Assembly (NCBI GenBank): GCA_030390025.1
Contig: CM059432.1
Span: 128,776,001 to 128,840,000 of the forward strand
Direction of reading: 5' to 3'
Length of the DNA: 64,000 nucleotides
Source of the DNA: Squalus acanthias
Taxonomy: Eukaryota
Part shown: positions 61,923-64,000 of the stretch, piece by piece
How positions within the stretch are numbered: position 1 is the stretch's first letter
Layout of the letters: every line of letters starts with the position of its first letter
Translations under genes and position numbers: made by a program
Notes under the pieces: model-generated
What the model saw: the letters and a program-made list of their open reading frames with translations, nothing else
The model's database searches: none
Told to the model about the DNA's origin: nothing

Positions 61923-63165
61923 TGTAAGGTTTTCAAAATTTACAGATCCCCAAAACCTAAGAAAAAGGACTTTGGAACTACCTCAGAGTGATAATATGCA
62001 TTTGGGCCTAACATAAGGAATTTAAGACCAAAAACCAAGTTTTGGCATTTTAAAAACATGTCTGGGCCTGTAAAGGGAGAAAAGGCTGTGAAGGAAGTTG
62101 GGTTCGACCTCTGTAAAAGCAGTTTTGGGTATTGCAGTCAATTGCAATGTCTGGGGAATCGGGATGACCTCACTCAAAGTCCCAGCAAGCATTAACATTT
62201 TGACAATAGACCCTGGGAGAAGACAGTCCCACCCAAAACAACAGGTCCCATCAAACCGATTACAGGGCCCATCAGGAGACATGCATAAAACAAATATTCT
62301 ATAGAAGTCCTAGGCCCAGTTAAGAAACCCAAAACATGAGGACAATTCAAACTCCAATTAAACAACAGATCGACAGGATGGAGCTATCCTGAAACCACTT
62401 CACACATTTACAAAACCAGTTAACACGCTAGTAAAGTCGTTACTGTTAACGAGGTCTTACAATGACCGGGATTTGATTTGGGGTAGATAAGGCCACTTTA
62501 ATTTAGTATAATTGAAGGCCCATCAAGCAGTTCAGCAGTTACAACAGTTACAAGTTCGAGTTCTCCAGTAACAACAGTTCAAGTTCAACAAGCAGGCAGA
62601 AGGCAGTTTCCACAGTTCTGCAAGAAGGCAGTTCCACAGCTCGGAAGAAGACAGTTTAAACAGAGGCAGAGTTCAACAGAAAAGCAGTTCAACAAAGAAG
62701 GCCAACAGCTCCAGAAGCAGGCCGACACGCAAGAAGAAACCAGAGTGACCGCCTCAGTGACCATCGGACACCTCGCGGCAACAAGGGCCTTACGAAACTT
62801 TTTACTCAAAAGACTCTAAACCCTAACTCTCAACTGTCAAGGATTCGTTTGGTGAACATTATCCCTGGTTCTCCAGAGTCCAACCTAGCTAGTGAAGTGG
62901 GATTGGGAGGGGTGAAGTATTCTTCTAATGTTATTTCCCTCGCTTGTACCGAAGTGTTCCTCACCTTTAGAGTGTTAAGATTGTTTGTGTTGTGTTTTAT
63001 TTTCTTGAATAAAAATCAAAGTTCTTGCATCAAAACCCAGTTGTCTGCTGCACCTTTGTATCACAACCCCCAAATAAGTCCAGGGTCTAGAACCAAGGGA
63101 GTGGGAGCGATTCGAACCGCTCAGAAGTCAGAGGTGAAGCTGACACAAAAACACCACCCCCTACA
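61923..63165 (+). mobile_element. Solo LTR (1243 bp), same family as 51544-52909
   Basis: TGTAAGG...CCCTACA termini, GTTA/GTTA TSD; the host L2 sequence rejoins exactly. Confidence 0.9.
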
Positions 63166-63751
63166 GTTATCAAACAAAATTTGACACCAAGCCACATAAG
63201 GAGATATTAAGACAATTGACCAAAAGCTTTGTGAAAGAGCTAGGTTTTCAGGAGCCACTTAAAGGAGGAGAGAGAGGCAGAGAGATCAAAAGGTTTAGGG
63301 AGGGAATTCCAGAGCTTAGGGTCTTGGTAGCTGAAGCCATGGCCGGCAATGGTGGAGCGATGAAAATCAAGGATGCTCAAGAAGCCAGGATTAGAGCAGC
63401 GCAGAAATCTGAGGATTGTAGGGCTGGAGAAGATTACAGAGATAGGGAGGGGCGAGGCCATGGAGGGATTTGAAAACAATGATGAGAATTTTAAAATTGA
63501 GGTGTTGCCGGACCAAGCCAATGTAGGTCAGTGAGCACAGGGATGATTGGTGAATGGGACTTGGTGTGTTAGGATACGGGCAGCAGAGTTTGGATAAGCT
63601 CAAGTTTACAGAGGGTGCCAGCCAGGAGAGCATTGGAATCGTCGAGTCTAGAGGTAACAAAGGCATGGATGAGGGTTTCAGCAACAGATGAGCTAAGGCA
63701 GGGGCAGAGATGGGCGATATTGCGGAGGTGGAAGCAGGCGGTCTTAATGAT

Positions 63752-63965
63752 CATGATGTGGAGATGACGGTGTTGGACTGAGGTGGACAAATGTGAGAAG
63801 TCGCACAACACCAGGTTATAGTCCAACAGCTTTATTTGAAATCACAAGCTTTCGGAGCGCTGCTCCTTCGTCAGGTGAAGTACACTTCAGAGTAGCGCTC
63901 CGAAAGCTTGTGATTTCAAATAAAGCTGTTGGACTATAACCTGGTGTTGTGCGACTTCTCACATT
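63752..63965 (-). mobile_element. Miniature Penelope-derived retroelement with inverted terminal segment
   Basis: Perfect 72-bp arms 63790-63861 / 63894-63965; 12-bp TSD ggtcttaatgat (63740-63751, 63966-63977). Confidence 0.85.
63842..63878 (-). ncRNA. Minimal type-I hammerhead ribozyme motif
   Basis: ucac-CUGACGA-A-GGAGC-agc-GCUCC-GAAA-GC-UU-guga; stem I ucac/guga. Confidence 0.72.
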
Positions 63966-64000
63966 GGTCTTAATGATGGAGAGGGTATGGGATCAGAAGC

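Larger units (their letters stand above)
61852..64000 (-). mobile_element. L2 LINE 3' portion with a nested solo LTR and Penelope mini-element; continues beyond the window
   Basis: ETLIHAFVTSRLD.SNALL, FKSLHGLAPPYL, LWNSLP; L2 tail at 61852-61915. Confidence 0.9.

Noticed and set aside
51544..63165. A single 11.6-kb provirus bounded by the two LTRs
   Set aside because: Each LTR has its own TSD, the outer flanks (GTAG versus GTTA) do not match, the host L2 resumes after each LTR, and there is no PBS or gag/pol between them.

Overview
Eukaryotic, repeat-dominated genomic DNA, very probably from a cartilaginous fish (shark/ray). This is inferred from a SacSINE1-like DeuSINE, HER1-like CR1 LINEs and L2 LINEs sharing tails with the SINEs. 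No host protein-coding gene could be supported, and most ORFs in the track are transposon fragments or artefacts of repeats. Main contents: (1) a near-complete PIF/Harbinger DNA transposon (about 146-4266) with a disabled DDE transposase and a convergent three-exon Myb/SANT gene, two more decayed Harbinger remnants, and about 11 non-autonomous MITE-like copies, most with 3-bp TSDs; (2) many non-LTR retroelements: a near full-length CR1 with a 57/66-bp tandem 5' monomer array, L2, a CR1-group LINE, a Vingi-like element with a twin-priming-type 5' inversion, an RTE and a Penelope GIY-YIG fragment; (3) two independent solo LTRs, each nested in an L2; (4) tRNA-derived SINEs. The most notable signals are two tiny TSD-flanked Penelope-derived hairpin inserts carrying minimal hammerhead-ribozyme motifs with covarying stems, a SINE-head/LINE-body chimera, and a MITE family that appears to carry a promoter plus splice-donor module and seeds GATC-anchored C-rich minisatellites. 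Nothing here is demonstrably a new biological system from sequence alone. Family names rest on motif recognition, not database searches, and boundaries without a stated TSD are approximate.
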